A stretch of DNA of 61,091 bases, counting the filler. It is 5 parts of 5 records of this genome, joined end to end, with 100 filler letters (N's around TTAATTAATTAA, not from the genome) between each part and the next. Parts side by side here need not be neighbours in the genome. Positions count along the whole stretch, not along the records: positions 40,614 to 53,945 come from SRR31147125_12941; 4 more parts are not named here. One strand, given 5' to 3'. Below, piece by piece: positions 42,885-53,041 of this stretch (position 1 is its first letter; every line of letters starts with the position of its first letter). The notes beneath the pieces were generated by a model. The model had not been told where the DNA came from and searched no databases. It worked only from the letters and a program-made list of their open reading frames with translations. A program made the translations under genes and the position numbers.

Positions 42885-44054
42885 ATGGAGCAAAAATTGA
42901 CAGCAGATCCCATTAACGTTTTAGAGGGAGCTCATTTTTTTGATGGGGATACAGCTTGTGCTGAAGGTGCCATAGCAGCCGGTTGTCGATTTTTTGCCGG
43001 TTATCCCATCACTCCATCAACAGAGGCTGCAGAACGAATCTCCCAACGGTTTCCACAAGTAGGGGGTATGTTTATACAGATGGAGGATGAACTTGCCTCT
43101 ATGGCTGCTCTTGTTGGCGCTTCCTGGGGTGGAGCTAAAACAATGACTGTCACGTCCGGCCCGGGTTTCTCCCTTATGATGGAGAATATTGGACTTGGTG
43201 TTATGATGGAAACGCCGTGTGTGGTCGTGAATGTACAGCGGGGAGGACCTTCCACCGGTTTACCAACAATGGTTGGCCAGTCCGATGTTATGCAGGCACG
43301 ATGGGGATCTCACGGGGATTATGAAATTATCGCCCTTTCTCCGAATTCGCCTCAGGAGGCCTTTGATTTTACCATCAAGGCTTTTAATTTGGCAGAAAAA
43401 TACAGAGTACCTGTTTTAATATTAATGGATGAATGCGTAGGCCATATGACAGAACGAGTGCTGGTTCCTTCTGCGGATTATATTGAACTTTATCCAAGAC
43501 GATATACAAAACTTCCCCCTGGTGAGTATTGGCCATACGTCCCGAGCGAGGATCTTATTCCGGATATGGTGAAAGCCGGCGAAGGCTATCGAATCCACAC
43601 CACAGGTCTGACCCATGATGAGCGAGGATATCCTCTCATGAGTGTGGATGCACAGGCCAAATTGGTAAAACGATTGGTAGATAAGATAAGTAAAAACAAA
43701 GATGATATAATAGATATTGAAGAGAGGAATATAAAAGGAGCAGATGTCATTGTCGTGGCTTATGGTATTACTTCCAGAGTTTGTCAGCCGGCCATAGAAA
43801 AGGCAAACAAAAAAGGTGTTAAAACCGGGTTTTTAAAATTGAATACGATCTGGCCGTTTCCTGAAGCGCGTATTCGGGAATTGGCATTTTCGGTTCAGAC
43901 TTTTGTGGTACCAGAAATAAACCTGGGGCAACTCGCTCTGGAAGTGGAGCGTTGTGCGGCAGGACAGGCAAAGATTTTAAAAGTCTCTCATGCAGGCGGT
44001 TCCGTTCATGACCCTGAAAACATATTTAACATGATTATGGAGGGCGTCAAGTGA
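42885..44054 (+). CDS. korA: 2-oxoacid:ferredoxin oxidoreductase alpha subunit
   Basis: FAGYPITPSTE, QMEDE, TSGPGFSLM and QRGGPSTGLPT motifs. Confidence 0.95.
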   Translation: MEQKLTADPINVLEGAHFFDGDTACAEGAIAAGCRFFAGYPITPSTEAAERISQRFPQVGGMFIQMEDELASMAALVGASWGGAKTMTVTSGPGFSLMMENIGLGVMMETPCVVVNVQRGGPSTGLPTMVGQSDVMQARWGSHGDYEIIALSPNSPQEAFDFTIKAFNLAEKYRVPVLILMDECVGHMTERVLVPSADYIELYPRRYTKLPPGEYWPYVPSEDLIPDMVKAGEGYRIHTTGLTHDERGYPLMSVDAQAKLVKRLVDKISKNKDDIIDIEERNIKGADVIVVAYGITSRVCQPAIEKANKKGVKTGFLKLNTIWPFPEARIRELAFSVQTFVVPEINLGQLALEVERCAAGQAKILKVSHAGGSVHDPENIFNMIMEGVK

Positions 44055-44925
44055 AAGAAATGCCAAAACATGAAGAACACCCAATGGAAGCCTTACTACG
44101 TATGGATAGAATTCCGCATATTTGGTGCTCAACCTGCGGGATTGGTACGGCTGTTTCCTGTTTTATCGATGGTTTGCGGAAAAGTAATCTGGAGTCAAAA
44201 GATGTGGCTGTCGTATCCGGTATAGGGTGTACAGGTCGAGTTGCTGGTTATCTGTTTTTAGATTCATTTCATACAACCCATGGTAGAGCATTACCTTTTG
44301 CAACGGGTTTACATCTTTCAAATCCGGAATTGAAAGTAGTTGTTTTTAGCGGTGATGGCGATTTGATTTCCATTGGTGGGAACCACTTTATTCACTCGGC
44401 TCGTCGTAATATGAACCTCACGATTATTTGTGTTAATAATTTTAACTATGCCATGACCGGCGGCCAATTAGCACCCACAACTCCCAGTCTGGCATTGAGT
44501 TCCACATCTCCGTATGGAAACTTTGAGCATCCCTTTAATCTACCCTTATTAGCCGCGTCAAGCGGCGCTGTTTATGTCGCACGATGGACATCTTTACATA
44601 TCCGACGTTTGAGCAAATCGATCACTGAGGCTTTGCAAAAAAAGGATTTTCATTCATTGAAGTCATATGTCCCTGCTCAACTCTTTATGCCCGCAGGAAT
44701 AAACTTGGTTCTGGTCTCGATTTGATGAAATTTTATCATGATAATAGTGAAATCAGGCATGGTGCGGACCCAAAAGACCTGGATATCGAATTTCAAAAGA
44801 AAATTATCGTCGGTAAATTTATTGATATTGAAAAACCAACTTTTCTGGACATGTATAACAACAGAATGCAGCATGTGCTGGGCGAAAAGTATCATCTTTA
44901 TGGCAGCAAAGAGGAAAAAAGGTGA
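44051..44925 (+). CDS. korB: 2-oxoacid:ferredoxin oxidoreductase beta subunit (frameshift at about 44640)
   Basis: WCSTCG, SGIGC, HTTHGRA, GDGD and GGNH motifs. It continues KKGFSFIEVICPC after a lost A. Confidence 0.92.
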
Positions 44926-45139
44926 CACCAAAAGTTCCCGAACCTGAAGCTGTGTCGTCTTGATAGTGCATGGAAAAGTAATATTATCCTTTGATAACGC
45001 AAAAGGTTTTGTTTAATAAACCAGAGTACGAGATTGCTTCTCTAATAGATGTGAATCATGAAATAGTTACTATATGAGTGGGTTTTTATGTGTCATAATA
45101 TAATAATTTTAATAAATTAAACTATGACAAGGATGGATT

Positions 45140-45709
45140 ATGAGCAGGACAGAAATCCGTGTTTCCGGATTCGGCGGTCAGGGAATCATTCTAAGTGGCC
45201 GAATAATAGGTATGGCCGCAGCCATTTATGAGAGTAAGCAGGCAACATTTAATCAAAGTTATGGTCCCGAAGCCCGCGGAAGTGCTTGCAGTGCACAGGT
45301 TGTTGTGTCTGATGAAATGATCCATTACCCCTATGTATCAAAAGTGGATATCCTTCTGGCCATGTCTCAGGAGGCTTGTACGAAATTTGCGCCGGAACTC
45401 GTGACAGGCGGTTTACTTCTTTTGGAAAAGGATCTTGTCAAAATGCAGAACGTACCGGAACATCTTGTCTGTTATGCTATACCTGCTACTCGCATAGCGG
45501 AAGATTTAGGAAGAAAGATTATTGCCAATATCGTCATGCTTGGATTTTTTACATCCATGGCAGATCTGTTTAAATTGGAATCCATGCATCAGGCCATGCT
45601 TTCATGCGTACCCAAGGGAACCGAGGAATTAAATTTAAATGCCTTTAATGCAGGTTATGAGTATGGACAAAAACTAAAAAAATCCTCCCCGGTAGAAAAG
45701 GTTGGGTAA
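45140..45709 (+). CDS. korC: 2-oxoacid:ferredoxin oxidoreductase gamma subunit
   Basis: SGFGGQG, QSYGPEARGSA and ANIVMLG motifs. Confidence 0.93.
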   Translation: MSRTEIRVSGFGGQGIILSGRIIGMAAAIYESKQATFNQSYGPEARGSACSAQVVVSDEMIHYPYVSKVDILLAMSQEACTKFAPELVTGGLLLLEKDLVKMQNVPEHLVCYAIPATRIAEDLGRKIIANIVMLGFFTSMADLFKLESMHQAMLSCVPKGTEELNLNAFNAGYEYGQKLKKSSPVEKVG

Positions 45710-45715
45710 AGGATT

Positions 45716-46174
45716 ATGACAGAAATTAATTTTGATTTTAAAGATATACTGGATAAGGTTATAGGTGGGAACGGTCACAGTTACTGTTTTCAATGTGGCG
45801 CTTGCGTGGGAGACTGTCCGGCTGCCCGTTATTCAGAGAGATTTAATCCGCGTCTCATCATGCATATGGCTATATTAGGCCAACACGATGCGCTTTTAGC
45901 AGAGGATTCGGTTATTTGGGAGTGCACCAATTGTTATAATTGTTATGAGCGATGTCCACAGGATGTTCGTCCTGTGGAAGTCATTATGGCACTTAAAAAT
46001 ATTATTGCTTCTCAACATAAAAGTCCTGAAAAAGTGAAAATGATGGTAGCAGCTGTGCTTGATAATGGTCGTACGGTCGTGTTGTCTCCTGCAGTACAGC
46101 GAATCAGGGAAGAATTGGGTTTAAATCCTGTAAAAGAAACAGCGGTTGAAGAATTAAGAAAGATTCTAAAATGA
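45716..46174 (+). CDS. hdrC: Heterodisulfide reductase subunit C
   Basis: CFQCGACVGDCP and IWECTNCYNCYERCPQ motifs. Confidence 0.9.
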   Translation: MTEINFDFKDILDKVIGGNGHSYCFQCGACVGDCPAARYSERFNPRLIMHMAILGQHDALLAEDSVIWECTNCYNCYERCPQDVRPVEVIMALKNIIASQHKSPEKVKMMVAAVLDNGRTVVLSPAVQRIREELGLNPVKETAVEELRKILK

Positions 46175-47072
46175 ATCAAAAAAGTGGCGATTATATCCCC
46201 TTTTGGGGTTGTATGATATCGTTAAAATATCCCCAGTTTGAAGCAGCTATACGCAAAACTGTTGGCTCATTGGGTATGAATTTGATTGATGTAGATGGTT
46301 TTACCTGCTGCCCGGATCCAATCTATTTTAAATCATCTAACAAGCTCGATTGGCTTACGATCGCTGCCAGAAATCTCTGTCTTGCGGAAGAAAAAAGCTG
46401 GATATCATAACCATGTGCAGTGGATGTACTGCTACATTATCGGAGGCCCGACATTTATTACAACATGATTCGGCACTTTTGACAGAAATAAATAAAAGAC
46501 TTGGAAAAATTAATAAAGAGTACAAGGGGACGAGTTCTGTCCGGCATATCGTGACTGTTTTGCGGGATGATGTGGGTATGGATCGTATAAGTCAGACTGT
46601 TACTCACCCCCTTGAAGAAATGCGTGTTGCCATTCATTATGGTTGTCATTTGTTGAAACCGAGCAAAATTATGCATGTGGATGATCCGGACAGACCTACT
46701 ATTTTAGAGGATTTAATTGCTGCGACTGGAGCCAGGTCTTTAGAACATGAAGAACGAATTTTGTGCTGTGGCAAAGCCTGTGAGAATCCGGATTTACCTC
46801 CAAAAATGACATTTGATGTTCTTCAATCCATTAAAAAGAGCGAGAGTGATTGTATGTGCCTTATTTGTCCCACATGCTTTGATGAATATGATCTTGGTCA
46901 AATTCGACTGTCACGATTGTTTAAAACAACTTTTAATATCCCTGTTTTATATTATTTTCAGATGCTGGGATTAGCTCAAGGTTATTCAGCTGAAGAACTG
47001 GGATTGTACCGGCATAAAATAAAACCAGATCAATTTGTAGCTAAAATGAAAACAAGCAAATTGATTGTATAA
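46171..47072 (+). CDS. hdrB: Heterodisulfide reductase subunit B (frameshift at about 46393)
   Basis: FWGC, FTCCPDP, AARNL, CSGC, HYGCHLLKP, CCG and CPTCF CCG-domain motifs. Confidence 0.9.
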
Positions 47073-47139
47073 AATATTTCAAAAGAATTAATTAACTTTT
47101 AAATAAAATCATATTTATTCATTCAGGAGGAGCCAAACT

Positions 47140-48228
47140 ATGTCAATTTTAGTTGATGATGGAAAATTGCTGAATTTTACTGAAAGAGTTTTTCAAACTT
47201 TTGAATTGAGCAAAAAAGATGCCCTTATTTGTTCTGATAACCTTTTGTCCGCGGATTTGAGAGGTATTCCATCTCATGGCGTAGCCCGGCTTAAAAGATA
47301 TGTTGATGGCATAAAGAATGGGTTGATTTACCCTTTGAATAAACCTCAAATCGATAGAGAATCCTTTTCCACAGCTACGATCGATGGCAATGCCGGTCTT
47401 GGCCAGGTTGTCGGCTATTTTTCCACCAAATTGGCTATAGAAAAAGCAAAGGAAAGTGGTGTAGGAATTGTGACTGTACATAATAGTAATCACTATGGAA
47501 TAGCCGGCTATTATGCGGAGATGATTTTAAATGAAAATATGCTTGGCATTTCCATGACTAATTCGGCACCTCTGGTTGTACCCACGTTTGGCCGTGAAAT
47601 GATTATCGGCACAAATCCCATTAGTCTGGCAGCTCCGACAAAAAAGAATCGCCCATTTTTTCTTGATATGGCTACGTCTGTTGTACCCAGAGGAAAGTTG
47701 GAAGTTTTTGATCGTGAGGAAAAAGCAATGCCTGAAGGTTGGGCTGTCAATGCAAAAGGTAAAACAACGACAAGCGCCAGTGAGGTTCTGCAAAATATGC
47801 TTAGTCGGCTTGGCGGTGGTATTTTACCCCTGGGTGGAGAAGGAGAGCTTTTCAGGGGATATAAAGGGTATGGAATGTCGCTACTCGTGGACATTCTCTC
47901 AGGAGTGCTTTCAGGTGGGGCTTATGCCAATTTGGTTAATATGAAAAAAGATGGCAAACCTGCACCGGCAAATGTGAGCCATTTTTTCATGGCGCTGAAA
48001 ATTGAAAGTTTTATTGATATAGATACTTTTACCACGAAAATGGATGATCTCATTGACCGTTTAAAAAATTCATCAAAGGCTGAGGGACAGGAGCGGATTT
48101 ATATTCATGGTGAAAAAGAATATGAATTTTATGAAAAACATAAAAAAGAAGGCGTGCCTCTGCAGGAAAAGGTATATGATACACTAAAAGCAATTGCTGA
48201 TGAAAGAGGAATCTCATTTGATATATAA
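47140..48228 (+). CDS. Ldh2/ComC-family NAD(P)-dependent 2-hydroxyacid dehydrogenase
   Basis: DLRGIPSHG, SNHYGIAG, GTNPI, DMATS, LPLGG and YKGYG motifs. Confidence 0.92.
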   Translation: MSILVDDGKLLNFTERVFQTFELSKKDALICSDNLLSADLRGIPSHGVARLKRYVDGIKNGLIYPLNKPQIDRESFSTATIDGNAGLGQVVGYFSTKLAIEKAKESGVGIVTVHNSNHYGIAGYYAEMILNENMLGISMTNSAPLVVPTFGREMIIGTNPISLAAPTKKNRPFFLDMATSVVPRGKLEVFDREEKAMPEGWAVNAKGKTTTSASEVLQNMLSRLGGGILPLGGEGELFRGYKGYGMSLLVDILSGVLSGGAYANLVNMKKDGKPAPANVSHFFMALKIESFIDIDTFTTKMDDLIDRLKNSSKAEGQERIYIHGEKEYEFYEKHKKEGVPLQEKVYDTLKAIADERGISFDI

Positions 48229-48310
48229 CATTTTGATCTATGCTCTGTAAATGAGCAGGAAAAGCCATTGATATAAACGATAAAGGAACATCTGTTTAAT
48301 TGATTTGTAT

Positions 48311-48350
48311 TTAGGCCATCCATCAAAATGTTGGATGGCCTGAAGCTTTT
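48311..48350 (+). terminator. Hairpin, probable terminator or processing site after ldh2
   Basis: TTAGGCCATCCA...TGGATGGCCTGA followed by AGCTTTT. Confidence 0.65.
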
Positions 48351-48397
48351 ATAATTTTGATGCTCATTTTTAGAGTTTCAATTATCAGAGTATTCAA

Positions 48398-48760
48398 ATG
48401 AAACCCATTATACAAAAGACAAGTTTTGGCTCTATTACCATTGCCAAAAGTGTATATGAGCATGATGTGATTATTCGTCTGAATGGTAAAGTGGAAAAAC
48501 GGAAGAAAAAGTTATCAAAAAATATCTATGGAACATCTCATGTGATTTCGTTAGATGAAGCCAAATATGTTTATGAAAAAGGTGCGAAAAAACTCATTAT
48601 AGGGACAGGACAGTCCGGTATGGTCAAACTCTCCGATGAGGGAGCTGACTATTTTAAACGAAAAAAATGTCAGGTACAACTACTTCCAACACGAGATGCA
48701 ATGAACGCCTGGAATGAAGCTCAAGGTGACATTAATGCCTTGTTTCATGTTACGTGTTAA
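48398..48760 (+). CDS. Mth938/DUF498-like protein
   Basis: FGSITI, YGTSH, IIGTGQSG and ALFHVTC motifs. Confidence 0.88.
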   Translation: MKPIIQKTSFGSITIAKSVYEHDVIIRLNGKVEKRKKKLSKNIYGTSHVISLDEAKYVYEKGAKKLIIGTGQSGMVKLSDEGADYFKRKKCQVQLLPTRDAMNAWNEAQGDINALFHVTC

Positions 48761-48808
48761 GATAATGAGCGCTTTTGTGTAACCTGTTTTCAAAAAAAGG
48801 AGGCCTTC

Positions 48809-51800
48809 ATTATTAAGTCAAAAGAAGAAAAAGGTGTCCTCGTATTAGGTGGTGGAATCGCAGGTATTCAGGCAGCACTGGATTTAGCTAACTCTCAGGT
48901 TAAAGTTTATCTGGTTGAAAAATCGCCGAGTTTAGGCGGACGAATGGCCCAGCTGGATAAAACTTTTCCGACAATGGATTGTGCTATATGAATCCTGGGT
49001 CCGAAGATGATGGATGTCGGTCGACATCCAAACATTGAGCTTTTCACTCACTCGGAATTAAAAGGACTTGATGGTCGTGCAGGAGATTTTATCGCAACCG
49101 TGCTTCGCCATCCCGGTTATGTCGATGAATCTCTTGCACCGGATGTGGAGATTGTGCCGCAAACTGTCCAAAAGTTGTGCCTAATGAGTTCGATTGTGGC
49201 CTTGGGGCACGCAAGGCCATCTATCGCCCCTTTGCCCAGGCTGTCCCCAATGTTTATGTGCGAGATCTTGAAACCTGTATTAATAAAAAGTTCAAGACGA
49301 TCCGTTGCCACCATTGTGAAAAAGCATGTCTCCAAAAAGCGATTAATTATGATATGGCTCCCAGGGAATTTCAAATCCCGGTTGGTGCTGTTATCGTCGC
49401 TATTGGCGCTGATGTTTATGACCCGTATGAAATGAAGTCATATGGATACAGTGTATCCCCAAATATCCTCACAGGTCTCGAGTTTGAACGCCTCTTAAAT
49501 GCATCCGGTCCTACCAAAGGAAAAATTCTTCGACCTTCAGATAAAAAAAGCCCGAAAAAAATCGCATTTGTTCAGTGTGTCGGTGTCAGAGGAGAGAACG
49601 ATCGGCAGTATTGTTCGCGTTTTTGTTGCATGAATTCCGTAAAAGACGCGTTGCTGGTAAAGGACCATCTGCCTGAAATCGAAAAGATGACCATATTTTA
49701 TTCAGATATAAGATGTTTTGGTAAGGGATACGAATCATTATATGTCCGGTCATTAGAACGTCCGGAAATAGATTATGTGCGTGGCAAGCCATCAAAAATT
49801 ACTGAATGCCCGGATAGCGGTGATTTAATCATATATGTGGAGAACACACTAACTGGCCGTCCTGAAAAAGTTCAGGTTAATATGGTCGTTTTGGCATCTG
49901 CTGCCGTACCACATGCTTCAGGAAAACAGTTAGCTGAAATTCTCGGAGCTGAACTTGACCATAGTGGGTTTTTTGCCAGTAAAAATGGGTCATCAGAACT
50001 ATTATCCAGTACTCGTGAAGGTGTTTATCTTTGTGGCTGTGCCAAAGGCCCTGAGGATATTCCGGAATCAGTTGCGCAGGGATCGGGTGCTGCTGCCCTG
50101 GCTGAAAAATTCGTTCAGGATAACCGACTCCCGGTAATCGAGGATGAAATATTACAGGTAAATACAGATGGACCTCCGCGAATTGGTGTTTTTCTATGCC
50201 ATTGTGGCATTAATATCGCTGGTGTCCTGGATATTTCACGAATTCAGGATTATGTAAAAACCTTACCCGGTGTTGTCCATGTTCAAAACGATCTTTTTCT
50301 GTGCTCAGATGGGAGCCAAAAAGAATTACAGCAAAAAATTGGTGAAAAAAAGTTGAACCGGGTTATAGCTGCCGCTTGTACACCCCGCACACATGAACCA
50401 ATCTTTCAGGAAACCTGTTCCCGGGTTGGATTAAATCCATATCTTTTCGAAATGGCGAATGTGAGAGATCAATGTTCATGGGTGCATTCTCTTGAACCGG
50501 AACTGGCAACAAAAGAGCCATGGATCAGATCAGAATGGCTGTCTCCCGATCCTCCTGGTTGCAACCATTACCGAAAAAAGAGATTAAGGTGGAACAGGCG
50601 GTCCTGGTTGTTGGCGGTGGAATGGCAGGCATTCAGAGTGCTTTGAGTTTGGATGCTCAGGGCATACCTGTTTATCTTGTGGAAAAGGAAGCACAGCCTG
50701 GCGGGCGGATGCGAATGCTGGAAACCGTTGTCCCCGATAACAAGCAGGCCAATATCATTCTGAATGAAAAATTGGCTGAATTAAAGAAAACGAATGTTCA
50801 TATATATCTTAATACGGATGTGACGAAAATAAGTGGTTACATAGGTAACTTTGAGGTTGAAACAACAAAAGCATCCTTTAAAGTTGGCGCCATCATCCTG
50901 GCATTTGGTGCAGATGTTTACAAGCCAACAGGTGAATTTCAATATGGCAGAATGAAAAACGTGCTTACCAATTATGAGCTGGAAGAACTTTTTGCTAAAT
51001 CAGCTACGTTGGCAATAGATAATAAGCCAGTAGAAAAAGTTGCCTTTATCCAATGTGTCGGCTCGCGAGATCCGGAACGTCATTCGCATTGTTCCCGTAT
51101 ATGTTGTGATGTCACTGTCAAACAAGCTACAACTCTTGTTCAACAGGGGAAACATGTAACTGTATTTTATCGCGATATGCGTACGGTCGGTCACGGTGCT
51201 GAAGAAATGTACCGCCAGGCACGAGGATTAGGGGTTCGCTTTATTCGTTGCCCGGATGATAAAAAACCAGTTGTAAAAAAGTCCCGGGACAGGTGCATCA
51301 TAAGTGTTCATGATGCTATGCTTGGCGGGAAAGTGGAAATGAATGTAGATGCGGTCATTCTGGCAACCGGTATGATTCCATCTGCAACACAAATGGAAAA
51401 GTTTAAGGAATTGCTCAAGATTACCCATAGCCCGGATGGTTTTTTGATGGAACGTCATCCAAAGCTGGGTCCTGTAGAAACCTTTGTAGATGGGGTTTTT
51501 GCCTGTGGATGTGTACAAAGCCCTCAGGGTATTGGTGACTCTATGGCGCAAGCCAATGCCGCGGCAGCCAAAGCGGCACTGTTGGTGAGCCGGGATACTA
51601 TTGATATTTCACCAACGACCTGTGTGGTTAACGAAGAAAAGTGTCGTGGCTGTGGATATTGTGTGTCAATTTGCGAATTTCATGCTCCGGAACTCATTGA
51701 AAAGGGCGATGGTGTTTTCGTCGCCACTATAAATGAAGCCATGTGCAAAGGATGCGGTACCTGTGCTGCCTGGTGCCCAACAGATGCCATCATCGCCAAA

Positions 51801-51881
51801 CATTTTACAGACAGACAAATCGAATCCATGCTGGATGCCATGCTGACAGGTACGGTAACAGTGGGGCTTGAGGTGGATTGA
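48809..51881 (+). CDS. hdrA: Large tandem heterodisulfide reductase subunit A, selenocysteine-containing (UGA 48989-48991; frameshifts at about 49136 and 50512)
   Basis: [18 protein letters not shown]...[29 protein letters not shown]; ferredoxin insert; YCSRFCC; internal [10 protein letters not shown] domain; second GGGMAG FAD domain; C-terminal 2x[4Fe-4S]. Confidence 0.9.
49011..49030 (+). promoter_or_regulatory. Bacterial SECIS-like hairpin
   Basis: TGGATGTC-GGTC-GACATCCA, a perfect 8-bp stem with a G-first loop, 27 nt after the in-frame UGA. Confidence 0.8.
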
Positions 51882-51997
51882 AAATAATTAGCATAAACAA
51901 CCCCTAAATGTTTGTATGTTATCTGCTATGTTAAAACTGGATTATGAGAGAGTTGTCTTTTAGGGATCATTAATAACCTTCATCAAAGGAGAATAAA

Positions 51998-52522
51998 ATG
52001 AAACCCTTAAAAAGTGCGTTTGCAATTCCTGGTTTTATTAGTTTTTTGTTATTGTTATGTCTGGTTTTTAATTGTCAGCAGCCAGCAGGTGTAAGTAAAG
52101 CTGAAGAAGAAATGAAAGCCCTTGTCAGTCAATCTCTGGACGTTTGGAATAAGGGTGATTTTGAGCTTATGAACAAGCTTTTTTCACCCGAGTATGTGCG
52201 CCATGAGGTCGATATCTACGAGGATATTGTGGGTTTGGATTCGTTAAAAAAACACGTTACTTTTTTTAGAACAGCCTATCCAGATTTTAATGTCGTAATG
52301 GATGAATTAATCGCCAAAGAAGATAAAGTAATATTGCGCTGGACATTAACAGGCACAAATACAGGCCCACGTGGCGATGAGCCACCCACTGGAAAAAAGA
52401 TAAAAATTTCCGGTTGCAGTATTTCCCGTGTTGTCGAAGGGAATGTGACAGAGGAATGGGTCTATTATAATCAAGTAGCGGCTCTTATACAACTTGGTTA
52501 TGTAATTTCACCTCCACAGTAA
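51998..52522 (+). CDS. SnoaL-like ester cyclase-fold lipoprotein
   Basis: Signal peptide ending VFNC; WNKGD, AYPDF and W...GTNTG...PPTGKKI motifs. Confidence 0.85.
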   Translation: MKPLKSAFAIPGFISFLLLLCLVFNCQQPAGVSKAEEEMKALVSQSLDVWNKGDFELMNKLFSPEYVRHEVDIYEDIVGLDSLKKHVTFFRTAYPDFNVVMDELIAKEDKVILRWTLTGTNTGPRGDEPPTGKKIKISGCSISRVVEGNVTEEWVYYNQVAALIQLGYVISPPQ

Positions 52523-52594
52523 AAGTAAACGAAAATTAAAGTTGCCTGGACGCGTTGTTGAATGTGTTAATAGAAATGGAAAACATTAGCTAAA

Positions 52595-53041
52595 ATGAAA
52601 AACTTTGAGCCCAAAATAGTTGCTTTTGCCTGTAATTGGTGCAGTTATGCTGGCGCTGATACGGCAGGGGTGAATAGAATACAGTACTCGCCGCATTTCC
52701 GTGTTATTCGGACCATGTGTTCCGGCAGGGTAAAGCCGTCTTTTATTCTAAAGGCTTTTCAAATGGGTGCGGATGGTGTGCTGGTGTCCGGATGCCATTT
52801 TGGTGATTGTCATTATGTTTTTGGTAATCATCGTGCGGTAGAACAATTCGAAAAAGCCAAACAGTTAATCACTATCCTTGGCCTGGAAGAGAAACGGTTG
52901 CGACTGGAATGGATTTCAGCTGCAGAAGGAGGTCGCTGGGCGCAGATCATTAATGAATTTGTCGCAGAAATTACACAACTTGGTCCCAGTCCTTTAAATA
53001 ATAAAAAAGAGGCAGAATTGTGGAAACAAACGGACTCTTGA
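52595..53041 (+). CDS. mvhD: [2Fe-2S] MvhD/FlpD subunit
   Basis: FACNWCSYAGAD, MCSGRV, GCHFGDCHY and WISAAEG motifs. Confidence 0.95.
   Translation: MKNFEPKIVAFACNWCSYAGADTAGVNRIQYSPHFRVIRTMCSGRVKPSFILKAFQMGADGVLVSGCHFGDCHYVFGNHRAVEQFEKAKQLITILGLEEKRLRLEWISAAEGGRWAQIINEFVAEITQLGPSPLNNKKEAELWKQTDS

Noticed and set aside
44923-44963. Read-through or Sec at the korB TGA
   Set aside because: No Cys is expected there and no hairpin follows. It is a normal stop or another poly-A indel.
52595-52680. Selenocysteine in MvhD
   Set aside because: The CNWC motif is encoded with TGC; there is no UGA.
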